Shown here: positions 1 to 10,419 of the stretch, one piece after another
How positions within the stretch are numbered: the first letter of the stretch is position 1
How the letters are laid out: the number at the start of each line of letters is the position of its first letter
NCBI GenBank assembly: GCA_032718475.1
Contig: JAUCBJ010000893.1
Coordinates: 1-37,254 of the forward strand
Source of the DNA: Nemertoderma westbladi
Taxonomy: Eukaryota; Animalia; Xenacoelomorpha
Reading direction: 5' to 3'
DNA length: 37,254 nucleotides
Made by a program: the position numbers and the translations under genes
The notes under the pieces: generated by a model
What the model was told of the DNA's origin: nothing
Databases searched by the model: none
The model's input: the letters and a program-made list of their open reading frames with translations, nothing else

Positions 1-464
1 TAGTTGCGTTCCTCCGAGAAACTTATTTAAATGAAACGGCGGCCCAAACTCAACAAACTCATTATCCCAAAGGTATTCACCCCGACCCGATAGCGGAACT
101 CAAACGCTTATATCATACAATGATGTATTTGACTGCAGATAGACCTTTACCCGTGTTACCGGACCGTTTTGACGCTATGGAAGAATATTGTAAAACTGGC
201 GCTCAATCCCCGCACATGAGTCGCCAGGACTTTAAATTATGGTATTACTGCGATGATTGTCCGCATCCCAACCAGCAGGTAAACCATAACGACCATGCGC
301 GATGGGGTCGACCGGTCAACCACCCCCGTGAATGCTGTCCTAAACATAGCTACGAGCCACCTACATAATGGTACAACAGGACTGCAGTATGCCATCAGCG
401 ATCGCTCGAACTTGAATCCGAGTTTTTCATACGTTTTTATTTCGTGGCTACGCCATCTCCACAA

Positions 465-473
465 TGGTGACCC
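465..473 (+). promoter_or_regulatory. Primer binding site, probably tRNA-Trp
   Basis: TGGTGACCC follows ...CACA-A and is complementary to the 3' end (GGGUCACCA) of eukaryotic tRNA-Trp. Confidence 0.7.
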
Positions 474-576
474 AGCGTCTCAGGACGAACTCTTGAGACC
501 GCGACTCGCAACACGCAGACACGATTGACGATCCTGCAAGCAAACTGGAACTGCCACCGAAACTGTGTTGACGACA

Positions 577-1281
577 ATGGCCGAAGCGACCGCCAACGCC
601 GTTTCTATCAAACTGCCTCCGTTCTGGACCACCCAACCCGAGGTGTGGTTCGCCCAGGCGGAGGCGCAGTTCCACATTCGTAGCATCACCGAGGACACTA
701 CAAAATATTATTACGTGGTGGGGGCCCTCGACCAGGAGACAGCCGCTCGCCTCCTAAAACTCATCCGGAACCCTCCCGCTACTGAGAAGTACCTCAAACT
801 CAAGGGCCAACTTCTCAAAGCCTTCGGGCTCTCCCGACGCGAGCGCGCAGCCCGACTCTGGGACCTCGACGGCCTCGGTGACCGGCGCCCCTCGCAACTC
901 ATCGGAGAAATGCAGGCGCTCCTCGGCGACGACAACGCGGGACTCCTCTTCGAGGAGGCCTTCCTCCGGCAGATGCCCGCCGCAATCCGCCTCCAACTCG
1001 CGGAGGAGGACTTCCGCGACCTCGACAGGGTTGCGGACCGGGCCGACGCGCTGTGGGAGGCCTCCCGGCAGACCTCACTCGCGGCCCACGCCGTCAGGAA
1101 ACCGACGCCGGTCCCGCCGCAGCGAACCGGCAAGAACTCCTCGTCGGCGTCGACTCCCGCCCCGCGGGCCCCGAACTCGAACCCGGACTGGTGCTATTAT
1201 CACCAGACGTTCGGCCCCACAGCCAGGAAGTGCCGCCCGCCCTGCAGTTACCAGGGAAACGCCCCGGCCGGCCGTTTGTAG
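577..1281 (+). CDS. gag: Gypsy Gag-like protein (DUF7041-type N-terminus)
   Basis: KLPPFW...[21 protein letters not shown] and C-terminal [17 protein letters not shown] motifs are typical of this Gypsy gag family. ATG at 577. Confidence 0.9.
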   Translation: MAEATANAVSIKLPPFWTTQPEVWFAQAEAQFHIRSITEDTTKYYYVVGALDQETAARLLKLIRNPPATEKYLKLKGQLLKAFGLSRRERAARLWDLDGLGDRRPSQLIGEMQALLGDDNAGLLFEEAFLRQMPAAIRLQLAEEDFRDLDRVADRADALWEASRQTSLAAHAVRKPTPVPPQRTGKNSSSASTPAPRAPNSNPDWCYYHQTFGPTARKCRPPCSYQGNAPAGRL

Positions 1282-1299
1282 CAGCTGCAACGGCCGGCC
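1254..1299 (+). promoter_or_regulatory. -1 programmed ribosomal frameshift signal (G_GGA_AAC plus hairpin)
   Basis: The heptamer at 1254-1260 is in the correct gag codon phase and pol is in the -1 frame. After a 5-nt spacer there is a perfect 11-bp stem, GGCCGGCCGTT (1266-1276) / AACGGCCGGCC (1289-1299). Confidence 0.85.
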
Positions 1300-2142
1300 A
1301 CACCGACCTGCTGCTGTTTGCCTGGGACCGCGTTTCCGGGCAACGCTTCTTGGTCGACACCGGGGCGGAGGTGAGCGTTATTCCCGCGACGACTCGCGAG
1401 GAACGTTCGGGACAGAGCGGGCCGCCCCTCCTCGCAGCCAACAAAACGTACATTCGAACGTACGGCGACCGCTCCGTCAAACTCGACTTCAACTCCCGCC
1501 GGTTCCAGTGGAAGTTTATCGCGGCCGACGTCGCCCAGCCTCTCCTCGGTGCCGACTTCCTCCGAGCGAACAACATGTTGGTCGACCTGAGAGGCCGTCG
1601 TCTGGTCGACGCCGAGACGTTGACCTCGATCCCGTGCGGGCGGACTACGGGCCATGCCCCCCACCTCGGTTCGGTCACCGCCTCAGACGACGAGTTCGCA
1701 CGGCTCCTCGCCGAGTTCCCCGATATAACGATCCCTCGGTTCTCCGACCCCACCGCGAAACACGGGGTCGAACATTACATCCCCACCGAGGGACCCCCGG
1801 TCTACTCCCGCGCCCGTCGTCTGCCTCCAGACAAACTCGAGATCGCGCGGGACGAGTTCCGGAAGATGGAGGAGATGGGGATCATCCGCCGGTCCAACAG
1901 TCCCTGGGCGTCGCCCCTCCACATGGCCCCTAAACCCTCGGGTGGATGGCGGCCGTGTGGCGACTACCGACGCCTCAACGACGCCACGACTCCGGACCGG
2001 TACCCTATCCCCCATATCCAGGACTTCTCATCCAGACTGGCTGGGGCGAAGATCTTTTCTAAGATCGATCTGGTGCGCGGCTACCACCAGATCCCCGTAA
2101 CCGAGGCCGACATCGCCAAGACCGCGGTTATAACCCCGTTTG
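1254..2142 (+). pseudogene. pol: Gypsy pol 5' part (aspartic protease + partial RT), truncated and running in frame into unrelated sequence to 2768
   Basis: ORF 1053..2768 contains DTGA protease and RT motifs up to TPF, then switches to non-RT sequence of lower GC content. Confidence 0.88.
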
Positions 2143-4298
2143 TAGGATATAGCTATGAGCGTGATCTATTCGGTATTGATGAACGAGTTTTAAAGAAATT
2201 ACGCAGAATGGAGCGTTTACCTGTCGACGTCCCGCGTTTCTCGGTGCGACCTCAAGCTCCCAAATTTCAACCATCTCCAGTTCTTCCCCAGGATTTTGGC
2301 CCCTTAGACGAGGACTATTCCGAATACTTAGACATGGTTCTACTGGAACAGTTGATTCCCCTAGAGGAACCGGTGATAGCTCCCCTGTTCCCACCCGGAC
2401 TCGGAAGAGGATTTAGGATGCCTAGAGCCGTAATGCCAGGAGAACAATTGACACCAGGTGTAGTCATACCCCCTCGCAATGAAACCACCCAGTTAATAAT
2501 GTTGTCCAGTCTAGCTGGCATTCATGCGCGTTTATCTACAACTCCATCTGGTACCTTATTAACGGAGCTCGCTTTGTTGGAAGCCATGGACAACGCAGTG
2601 TTTCAACCGGAAATCAACACGTTAAGAACCTGTATCGCCGTAGGAGACTTACAATCCTTCTCGGATTTCCTCTCGAATCTCCAAGCCAAAGCTAAGGAGA
2701 AAGAACGGCATGAAGAAGAAGCGATAGTGTTGGAGGATGCAGACCTTACCGCCTACCGCCAACCTTAAGTTCAGTCCTTGATGGAAGGCTTCCAGTCTAA
2801 ATGCTATGTCCACCCTTCCATGCAGCACAAGTTTTTCGGCGCTAGACAGCCGTGTATCTTCGGAGAACCCGCGGAAACCACCTGTGCCATTGCTGACATT
2901 CCCATATTAAAAACACCTACACTGGAACTGTTGCATGTGGATGGCGAATTAGTTCCCCCTTCTCGCACTCGAGCCGACGTGATTCGGGAAAAGGTCCACG
3001 AAATAAACGTATCGCGTCGCCCTCTGCACTATCCCTTTTATTGGATTAAAGATTCCTCCATCCTCGATTCGTGATGCTCAAGCAACACTACGTAATACAA
3101 CCTGAGCACCCTGGACGGGATATTCGATTTCTACCGCTCGTAAATCCTTTGGCCCTCGTGGAATTATAAGCTTTACATCAGCATTTTGACTCTCTAGTAA
3201 AACTAAACTCATTTAAAAAAAACCCTACAATATCGTGACAATAGAAGCCAGTCCACATCCACCCTCCAACTTAGAGGCATTTATGGACGACCATCGCTTG
3301 ATACATTGGAATTTGGATGTAACCTTCCTGGAGGATGACCTGAAATATATCGAACCCAATGTAAACTCCCATGAGATGCCCAGTTATGAATCCATAAGGA
3401 TAGCACGTGGAGAACCTGGTTCATTAGATACTCTATGGAAATCAGTAGAACTGACCACTGAAGTAGCTAACTCTGAATGGTTGCATACAATCAACGTTAT
3501 ACACAGCTACGGTGTTATGATATATGACAATGAAGGCTCGGTGCCAGACCATGAACTCGGTTTGACTCGATTAATACACATACGGGGTCTCACTGGAGCG
3601 ACGCATGTTTTTACGCGCACTTGCCATGGTACCGATAGCGCTTTCCCCACCTTGACTGCTTATCAACGCCGTGCGAGACATCAACAATTTGTTAAAGTGG
3701 GGGCTTATGTCAATGATACACACCGACACCCAGCTATGGGAATCGACGCTGCTTTGTTACCGCAACCGGTGTTAGATATTCTGTTGGATGAATCCGTTTA
3801 CAAACTCGGTTCAGCTATATATCGGGACTTAACGGATCATTTTCCACGATATACCATATCCCTTCATTGACACTCAAGTTATCCTTCCTTGGGTGCAATC
3901 TCGCTGCTTCTTCCGAGTTATGTATCGATGCAACGCTAATGATGCGTATAGCCGAGTTGATCGTACTTCCTCAGGCCATATTGCGTTCCAGGAGTACGGT
4001 TGAAACTTTAAGGAGACCGATCGCGAGACGTATTCTCAAGTTTATGGTGATGCATATTCGCCCTATTATTTTCAATGACCACTCACCGCTCCTGGTGCCG
4101 TGTATAGTTTTATGAGTGTCCAATTGCGCCCCTCACTGGCGATGTACCTCATATTCGAAAACCAAGCGTTATCTGGATGGCTTGTGGACGTATATAGCCG
4201 TATGTTGAGAGCGCACCCATTGCTATTAGGAACCCAACTCGCCAAGCTCAATGAATTCGGTAAATTCTTGAACTTTGATTGCTTTTGACGTTTCCTGA
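2143..4298 (+). pseudogene. Decayed long ORF, central part, containing a DEDDy (WRN/EXD/Mut-7-like) 3'-5' exonuclease-like domain
   Basis: ORF pieces join across single stops or frameshifts (e.g. YRQP*VQSLMEG, same frame). Motifs: ExoI-like MIYDNEG (3517-3537), LPQPVLDILLDESVYKLGSAIYRD (compare WRN-type LP..L..LLE...I.KVG..I..D), then after a frameshift PFIDTQ, SGHIAFQEYG and ExoIII-like LRPSLAMYLIFE. Confidence 0.55.
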
Positions 4299-7200
4299 TA
4301 GGGGGGGATGTTATTTTTTGAAAAGGGTTTTAAGGGGTTGGCTACCTGTCCAAAACATGTTAATTACTCTACTGGTGATGAAAAACGTGCAAATATTTGG
4401 TAGGATCCATTTTTTAGGATACCTACCTATCATATCAAAGTTTCGGTGATTACCTCATTATTTACGGCAGTCATCATGGTCCACTATAATCTTAGCGGGT
4501 AGCACTATTTAATAAAATGATGTTTGTGCGCTAATTTAGAAGCTGTGTTGGCATTCCTAAACAAGATGAACATGAACATGTATAAGGTATAAAATGCAAT
4601 ACATTTTTAAAGTTTTGTACTTTGTAGATATAATAAAATGTATCTATGTTGTAATTAGTCCTGACTCTCGAGTTACATTTCTGCTAAAAGCTCATTGAGC
4701 TTTTTTACCAAGACACCACTGACATTACATCTTATTCTTGTTGTGCAGTGGTAGGTCACATCAATTTGTGTCATCATTATCTGTTCTTCCAATGTTTCTA
4801 GTACCTCAGCTGCTTCTGGATACACCCAACTGCACCCATCTTTATCTGATTTCTTGAGATATGAAATTAGGAATTTCCCATCTCCAAGTTGACATTCAAC
4901 AACACCTAGGTACCATTTTAATTGCAGGTCATTGTCATCCCTCCAATATGCAATTACATGGTCTCCTATATCAACCTTCATGCCAGATGTTTCAACAGTT
5001 TTCTCTACAATAAGCCCTATTGATGACGGTTTACTTGACATGTTTGTCAAGCCTGTTAAAACATTATGCAGATCTGCCATACTAATTGTAGATGCACTAT
5101 TTGACTGATCCAGATACTGAATTAGATTGTCTGCATAGTGATTTGTACCCAGATTTTTGCCATCTTTCCTTAATCTAAAAACGGAAGAACTTTCTGGGAG
5201 GGATAAAGAAGTAATCCTGGCATATTTAACTTCCCTGTATAGACGATCATTTGCATCTTTATTATCAATCGAGCAACTGATGAAGTTTTTAACCTCTTGT
5301 GAGTTAGTAAATGGTCCCATGGGTTGTTGGTGCTTAAGAAAAGACAGAAGATTTAATTTGGTTTCCTCTAACTTTGTATTTAAAGCCTGTTTTTCAGTGT
5401 ATCCAATATTTTGAAGTTCTCTCATACGTGCATTCCAATTGAGCTTATGTTCCTTTATTTCTTGTGACTGCTTTCTAAATTTGCTTAAATCTGCAGGATT
5501 ACATTGTGCTATCAGATCACTGGCCTTATTTAATATCATCTTACGTGATGCAGCTTCCAGACAGCGTTTCCCCCTGATACCAATCTCATAGTTGACAAAT
5601 CCAACACTTCTTTCCTCACCAACATTATGGATTATCGTCTGATCGAGCTTAGTTACTTCTTCTTCTGTAGCACTTGCAATTTTTAGAACTGTGCCTGTAT
5701 CCGCTTCTTTATTTTCTCCAAATCCAAAAATTGCACCCTTCTGTCTTTCAAAACCTTTTGCAAATTTATGAAGTAGTAATGTTAACAGATCTTCAATTTC
5801 TCTGCTGTAACACTTAGCAATTTGATTGAGGTTATCTAACAAGCATTGATTTGGTAATGACTTCTTAAAAATTTCACTTGAGACAAATGTGCAAACTTGT
5901 TCTGATGTGGAACTGAATCTGATGGCTGGGATTTCCGTAAGATCAGCAAATAGCTTTGGAAATGACTTTAACAGCATTGAGTATGTAGTTGATGTGTCCA
6001 TGAGGAGATGCTCGAAAGGACGAGTAATATGAATTCCAACTAATGAAATTGTACACAATATTGGTTTGAGTATTTCCATCTCAACAAAGCTGCGGTCTAG
6101 AATCGATATGTTATTCATAATATTCTTGAATGTATCAAGATAGTTCGCAATGTCATCAAGATGATAAAGCAAGCTTAGACAACAGTCATTAATCCTATTA
6201 AATCGGTGGTCTTTTAGACACAATGACATGTTTACCTTTGGTTTGATGAACTCATCAAAATGACCTTGCCTATTCCAAGGTTTTGCTGAAAAGTCTCGAT
6301 TGATAAAATGCGAAAGACACTTAATTGCTTTGATAATGAATGACTCATGATGCATGTCAAGATCAACCAGAAAACATTCATTAATCTTACGTGGTCCTAA
6401 CGAATCATGTATTTCTTGACAAAGCTGTTTAATATTTGACTGAAACATCATCAATGGATGAATGTTGCATAAGAGTGTTCCAGGTACAGTATCAACATCT
6501 AACTCCTCACAAACACTTTCAATGACATTTAGGTTATGAGCAGTGCTATCAGTCATCACAAACGAAATCTTCTTAAGTATATCTTTTTCAGAATATTTGT
6601 GACCTACTGCTGCTGAAAGTATCTTTAAGGTAATAATTTCGAGATCCTTCAGACTCTCTCTGGATTCTGTAAAAATCCCAAGTGTTGGTAGTGCTCTCTG
6701 CACACCATTAATTGTGAGTGATTGCACAACATATTTACCTACTCCACTCATGCTTGACCCATCACTCGAGTATGTAATTGATGTCATATTACTATCTTCC
6801 ATTATATCCTCAACAATAGTGCTAAGGGCCATTGCTTCTATGTATGGCTCGGTTCTTCTTAAGTTGCTCAGATTTGGCATTGTATCAACAGTTGTTGCAT
6901 CATCATTACTGTAAGCTTTCCAATTTCTACCAAATAGGGTATTGGCTACATTGATAATTGAACCTTCTATTTGAGCTTTGCTCATATGAAATTCTGATGA
7001 CAACTTATGCATCAATGTATAAACCTCTGGCCGTACCGATCTTGGTCCATTACGGATATGTCTATAATTAAATGACATAATCTGGTCATTTTCTGATTCA
7101 AGAACATCATCAAATTGATACTTTCTTTTCTTAGGTGTTGCCAATTCGAAGCATTCACCTTCATCTAAGCTACCTTCATCATTACTTTCACTCAAAATTC

Positions 7201-8740
7201 CACCTTCAATATCAGACCATGCAATAGGATTTAACTTCTCTTTTTCAATCTCTGATTTCTCCTTTGCCTTTAACTTGCTAAGACTTTCTCTATTATGCCT
7301 TTCACTAGATACTGCCCATTTCCTATTCACAAAAGAAGAACAGTACCCAACTTGTGGCATCAAACACTGATTTTCATAGAATTTCCGATCATCATCAGTC
7401 ATCATAACACCCCATATTAGTCCCTGTGATTTCTCTTTGCTACTGTCACATTTGATGTCAAAGAGACCCTTGCACTTTGCCTGAAAATCCTGGAACCTTT
7501 GCCAGTAAGTATATTTCTTTTTAGTTGCAGGATAGTCCTTAAGATAGTAGTATTCCTTTAATAAAGATTCCAATTTGTTTCTTACAGACTTTCGTGTTAC
7601 AGTGTAAATGTTGCAATATATCCATTGGAGCATCATATTTGATACAACATCTAAAATAACATCAACCTTCAGAGCTTGGTTTTGTTCATCATGTTTTGCC
7701 ACCAAAGTTAAACCAATCACTTGAGCTATAGTTGGGAGCTTTCCATTTGGAAAAGACTCTAATGTGGGAAAGTAAATGCACTCAGAGCAATCCTTTCCCA
7801 AATCCTTCTTTTGATAATGGTTCTGGCATTTTATCACTTGCAGCTTTCTTACAGGACGACTTGATGAAGATGCTGCTGATGTAGAAACTTCTACTTCTGT
7901 AGCTGCTTTCCTGCTGTATTGACTCGCTCTAGTTGTAAGAAAATTAAAATCTTCTTGTTCTTCAGACTCCATTAGATAAATATACTAAGAGTTTATATTA
8001 GATTAAATTTTGTATATAGTATCCAATATAATGAATTCAAAGTATCAATAGTATAAATTATATGAAATGAACTGCAACCAGTAGGTAGGCCTATAAAGAG
8101 TGGGGGTGACAGACCGAACGTAATCAGGATCGAACGTAACATAGTTTTTACGAATCGAACATAACCTCAATTATGTTACATTGGATCCTATAACTATGTT
8201 ACATTCGATCTACAAATTACTAAGTCACCAAAGGCCTATGCTAAGATAAGTGCTTAACTCCTAAATTACAGAATTCCCAAGAGGATGTAGCACAAACCTA
8301 GGCCTACATTTGGTGACCCATCACAGGCAATGACACATTCTAAAGCAGGGGTACCCCCAGGACACGACATTTGACTGCAGGACCGCTAGACTACATTGTC
8401 GCACATGACGGAATCTGTTCTAAGTGGGGGAAGGTACCCTAGGACTTGAATCTAATCTGTTTTGAGGACCTAACCGTGACCACCTACCCTGTAGGTGTAT
8501 TTTTGATGATAGTTTACATAATTAATTCTGAATTTTACGTTTTATTTGCATAATTAGTGAGAGCGGTTAACCCGCTAGACTACATTCAGTCGCATATGAT
8601 GGAAGCGCATCTAAGTAGGGGGGTAGGTACCCTAGGACTTGACACCTACCCTGTTTTGATGTTATTTTCGGTGACAGGATATATGGACACAACTTTGTGG
8701 ATGGTAGCCAATACTGTTTGTGACCTAACATCTCCCCCTA
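4299..8740 (-). mobile_element. Full-length hAT-superfamily DNA transposon, hATw-like (7-bp TSD)
   Basis: TIRs TAGGGGGGGATGTTA (4299-4313) and TAACATCTCCCCCTA (8726-8740) match at 14/15 positions. TSD TTCCTGA at 4292-4298 and 8741-8747. Removing the element restores the flanking reading frame. Confidence 0.88.
4673..7972 (-). CDS. DDE transposase (hAT-like fold), 1099 aa, uninterrupted
   Basis: Candidate triad ITYSSDGS / FVMTDST / HNVGEERSVG, CxxH motif LCNIHP, HRF at the position of hAT RW. It is the only long ORF inside the TIR/TSD-bounded element. Confidence 0.8.
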   Translation of the reverse strand: MESEEQEDFNFLTTRASQYSRKAATEVEVSTSAASSSSRPVRKLQVIKCQNHYQKKDLGKDCSECIYFPTLESFPNGKLPTIAQVIGLTLVAKHDEQNQALKVDVILDVVSNMMLQWIYCNIYTVTRKSVRNKLESLLKEYYYLKDYPATKKKYTYWQRFQDFQAKCKGLFDIKCDSSKEKSQGLIWGVMMTDDDRKFYENQCLMPQVGYCSSFVNRKWAVSSERHNRESLSKLKAKEKSEIEKEKLNPIAWSDIEGGILSESNDEGSLDEGECFELATPKKRKYQFDDVLESENDQIMSFNYRHIRNGPRSVRPEVYTLMHKLSSEFHMSKAQIEGSIINVANTLFGRNWKAYSNDDATTVDTMPNLSNLRRTEPYIEAMALSTIVEDIMEDSNMTSITYSSDGSSMSGVGKYVVQSLTINGVQRALPTLGIFTESRESLKDLEIITLKILSAAVGHKYSEKDILKKISFVMTDSTAHNLNVIESVCEELDVDTVPGTLLCNIHPLMMFQSNIKQLCQEIHDSLGPRKINECFLVDLDMHHESFIIKAIKCLSHFINRDFSAKPWNRQGHFDEFIKPKVNMSLCLKDHRFNRINDCCLSLLYHLDDIANYLDTFKNIMNNISILDRSFVEMEILKPILCTISLVGIHITRPFEHLLMDTSTTYSMLLKSFPKLFADLTEIPAIRFSSTSEQVCTFVSSEIFKKSLPNQCLLDNLNQIAKCYSREIEDLLTLLLHKFAKGFERQKGAIFGFGENKEADTGTVLKIASATEEEVTKLDQTIIHNVGEERSVGFVNYEIGIRGKRCLEAASRKMILNKASDLIAQCNPADLSKFRKQSQEIKEHKLNWNARMRELQNIGYTEKQALNTKLEETKLNLLSFLKHQQPMGPFTNSQEVKNFISCSIDNKDANDRLYREVKYARITSLSLPESSSVFRLRKDGKNLGTNHYADNLIQYLDQSNSASTISMADLHNVLTGLTNMSSKPSSIGLIVEKTVETSGMKVDIGDHVIAYWRDDNDLQLKWYLGVVECQLGDGKFLISYLKKSDKDGCSWVYPEAAEVLETLEEQIMMTQIDVTYHCTTRIRCNVSGVLVKKLNELLAEM

Positions 8741-8747
8741 TTCCTGA

Positions 8748-10030
8748 CCCCTTTCACCAACATCGACAGTCAGTTCCACGTAAATTCGTTGTCTCAGCGG
8801 GAGTTACGTCGTTCCGCCACGGATGAGCTAGCCAGCGGTGGCTTTGCCATATTCCGGGATGTGTGCATTTCAAAGCTGCACCCATTGGTGATCGAGAGAC
8901 CCATCGTCAAACCTGGCTTCTTGGTTGGCCAAATACAGACTGATATCATGGATGCTTCATGCCAAACGGAAGAGCCATTTCATTTGGAAGCGACCTCAGT
9001 AACCACTACTGTTGTGTCCACGCCCGATAATGAGTCCGCCCTAATAGACTGGTATCGTGGAACTGAGCGGCTCACCGTCCGAGGTTCCCATTACGCGTCG
9101 TTCCAAAGACATATCCGTTGCGCGCACTGCGGTCTCCATACACATAAGACTCCCATTCAACCTGGAGTTCTCTGCGAGCGTCTCACTGACAGAAATATTA
9201 AACTCCATTGCCCATAATGTCGTATTAGTGGCGATCATATTTTCTTCTCGTGTACAGTCTTTGCTACACAATGTGAGCGTTGTCAATTTAAAGGACACAG
9301 TAGTTCAAACTGCCCCTTTGGCCACGACATAGAAGTAGAAGACAAGACTAGTGTTGTGCGATACATCTGATCATGGGAAGGATGTGCAGACCTCAACGCA
9401 TATGCTATGTCTCAATATGCCGCAGCAAAGGCTCATCTCGGAGTGTACGTGGTTACCCCTTTTATTTGCACCACTGACATCCGACGTGCTTGGATACCCA
9501 GCTACGAACTCCTCAACTATGTAGCTTCCTGCACCAAAACCCATTTCGTCCGACGTTTTCTTCGAGAAATACATCCAGAACATGTGACGTCTTACGACAT
9601 AATAAAATTAATTAAAGACTCCCCCTTTTATGGTCCCCACTTCCTGGAGAGACATCCCGAGCTGCTTCCACAGCATTGAGCCTTCCAAGAACACGTTCAT
9701 CGTGAAGGACCGGTCCCGCACGCTGTGCCTCCGAGAATTTTTCTCGGCCAACAGTTTCCGTTTGGTATCGCTACCCAAACTGTCCCCACCGGACCAGTGC
9801 AAACCGCTGTGCGGAAGCGCTTAGCCGCTCCCCTGGAACCGGGATTCCATTGACCGGCTGTCAACTCACACGCCACGAGACCGGCTGAGTTCCCGTCCTT
9901 ACCCGGCACCTCCACCGGAACATATACTGATCATCCGAGTTCTCCGACACCTGACGCAGTGGATATACATCCAGGTCCCGACGAGACGATTTCGAGCGAC
10001 GACCTTGCACTGCCTGCGCCCCCGACACCC
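8748..10030 (+). pseudogene. Decayed long ORF, C-terminal part, with three CCHC zinc-knuckle-like motifs
   Basis: One frame through isolated stops: CAHCGLHTH..C (9119), CP*CRISGDHIFFSC (9209), CERCQFKGHSSSNC (9272-9313, canonical CX2CX4HX4C), continuing into ORF 9407-9679. The 3' end is approximate. Confidence 0.55.
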
Positions 10031-10419
10031 GTGAAAAGGAGGAAACGACTCTTTATGTGCAGTACTCCCAAGCACCCCAAACGAAAGCGATAATATAAGA
10101 TTATTATTAGTTAGCCTGTCGAACTTTATAAAATCCCTGTACCTGTTCGCAAACTTCATATTTGTAAATAACGAACAATATGTATTTCTTATAGTTATAT
10201 TAGTACCTAAAGGGATAATATGACTCAGTGCAGTTACTCTAATTATCTTCGTTTATTATTTTGGTTCCATGATAAATTCATTATTCGCATGTTATACAAT
10301 TTTAGTACTTTGTATTTGTTTACCTTTAATATCAGGGATCCCAATATAGGGTTAACGTAAGACCCAAGAAGTCCAATATGTAGCGACATACTGTAGAGTA
10401 TGTAATGAATGAATGTAAT

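Larger units (their letters stand above)
437..2142 (+). mobile_element. Truncated Ty3/Gypsy LTR retrotransposon fragment (end of 5' LTR, PBS, gag, protease, 5' part of RT)
   Basis: Block that is visibly much more GC-rich than its flanks. It has LTR-like end ...CTCCACA, then PBS TGGTGACCC, gag, protease [10 protein letters not shown] and RT motifs [20 protein letters not shown] and [14 protein letters not shown]. It breaks off at KTAVITPF, before YxDD. Confidence 0.93.

Noticed and set aside
878-1933. 351-aa alternative-frame ORF and several antisense ORFs over the Gypsy fragment
   Set aside because: Arg/Pro-rich shadow frames are expected in GC-rich coding DNA.
2143-10030. Calling the fossil ORF an endogenous RNA virus
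   Set aside because: No RdRp, helicase, capsid or glycoprotein motif was recognised; origin left unassigned.
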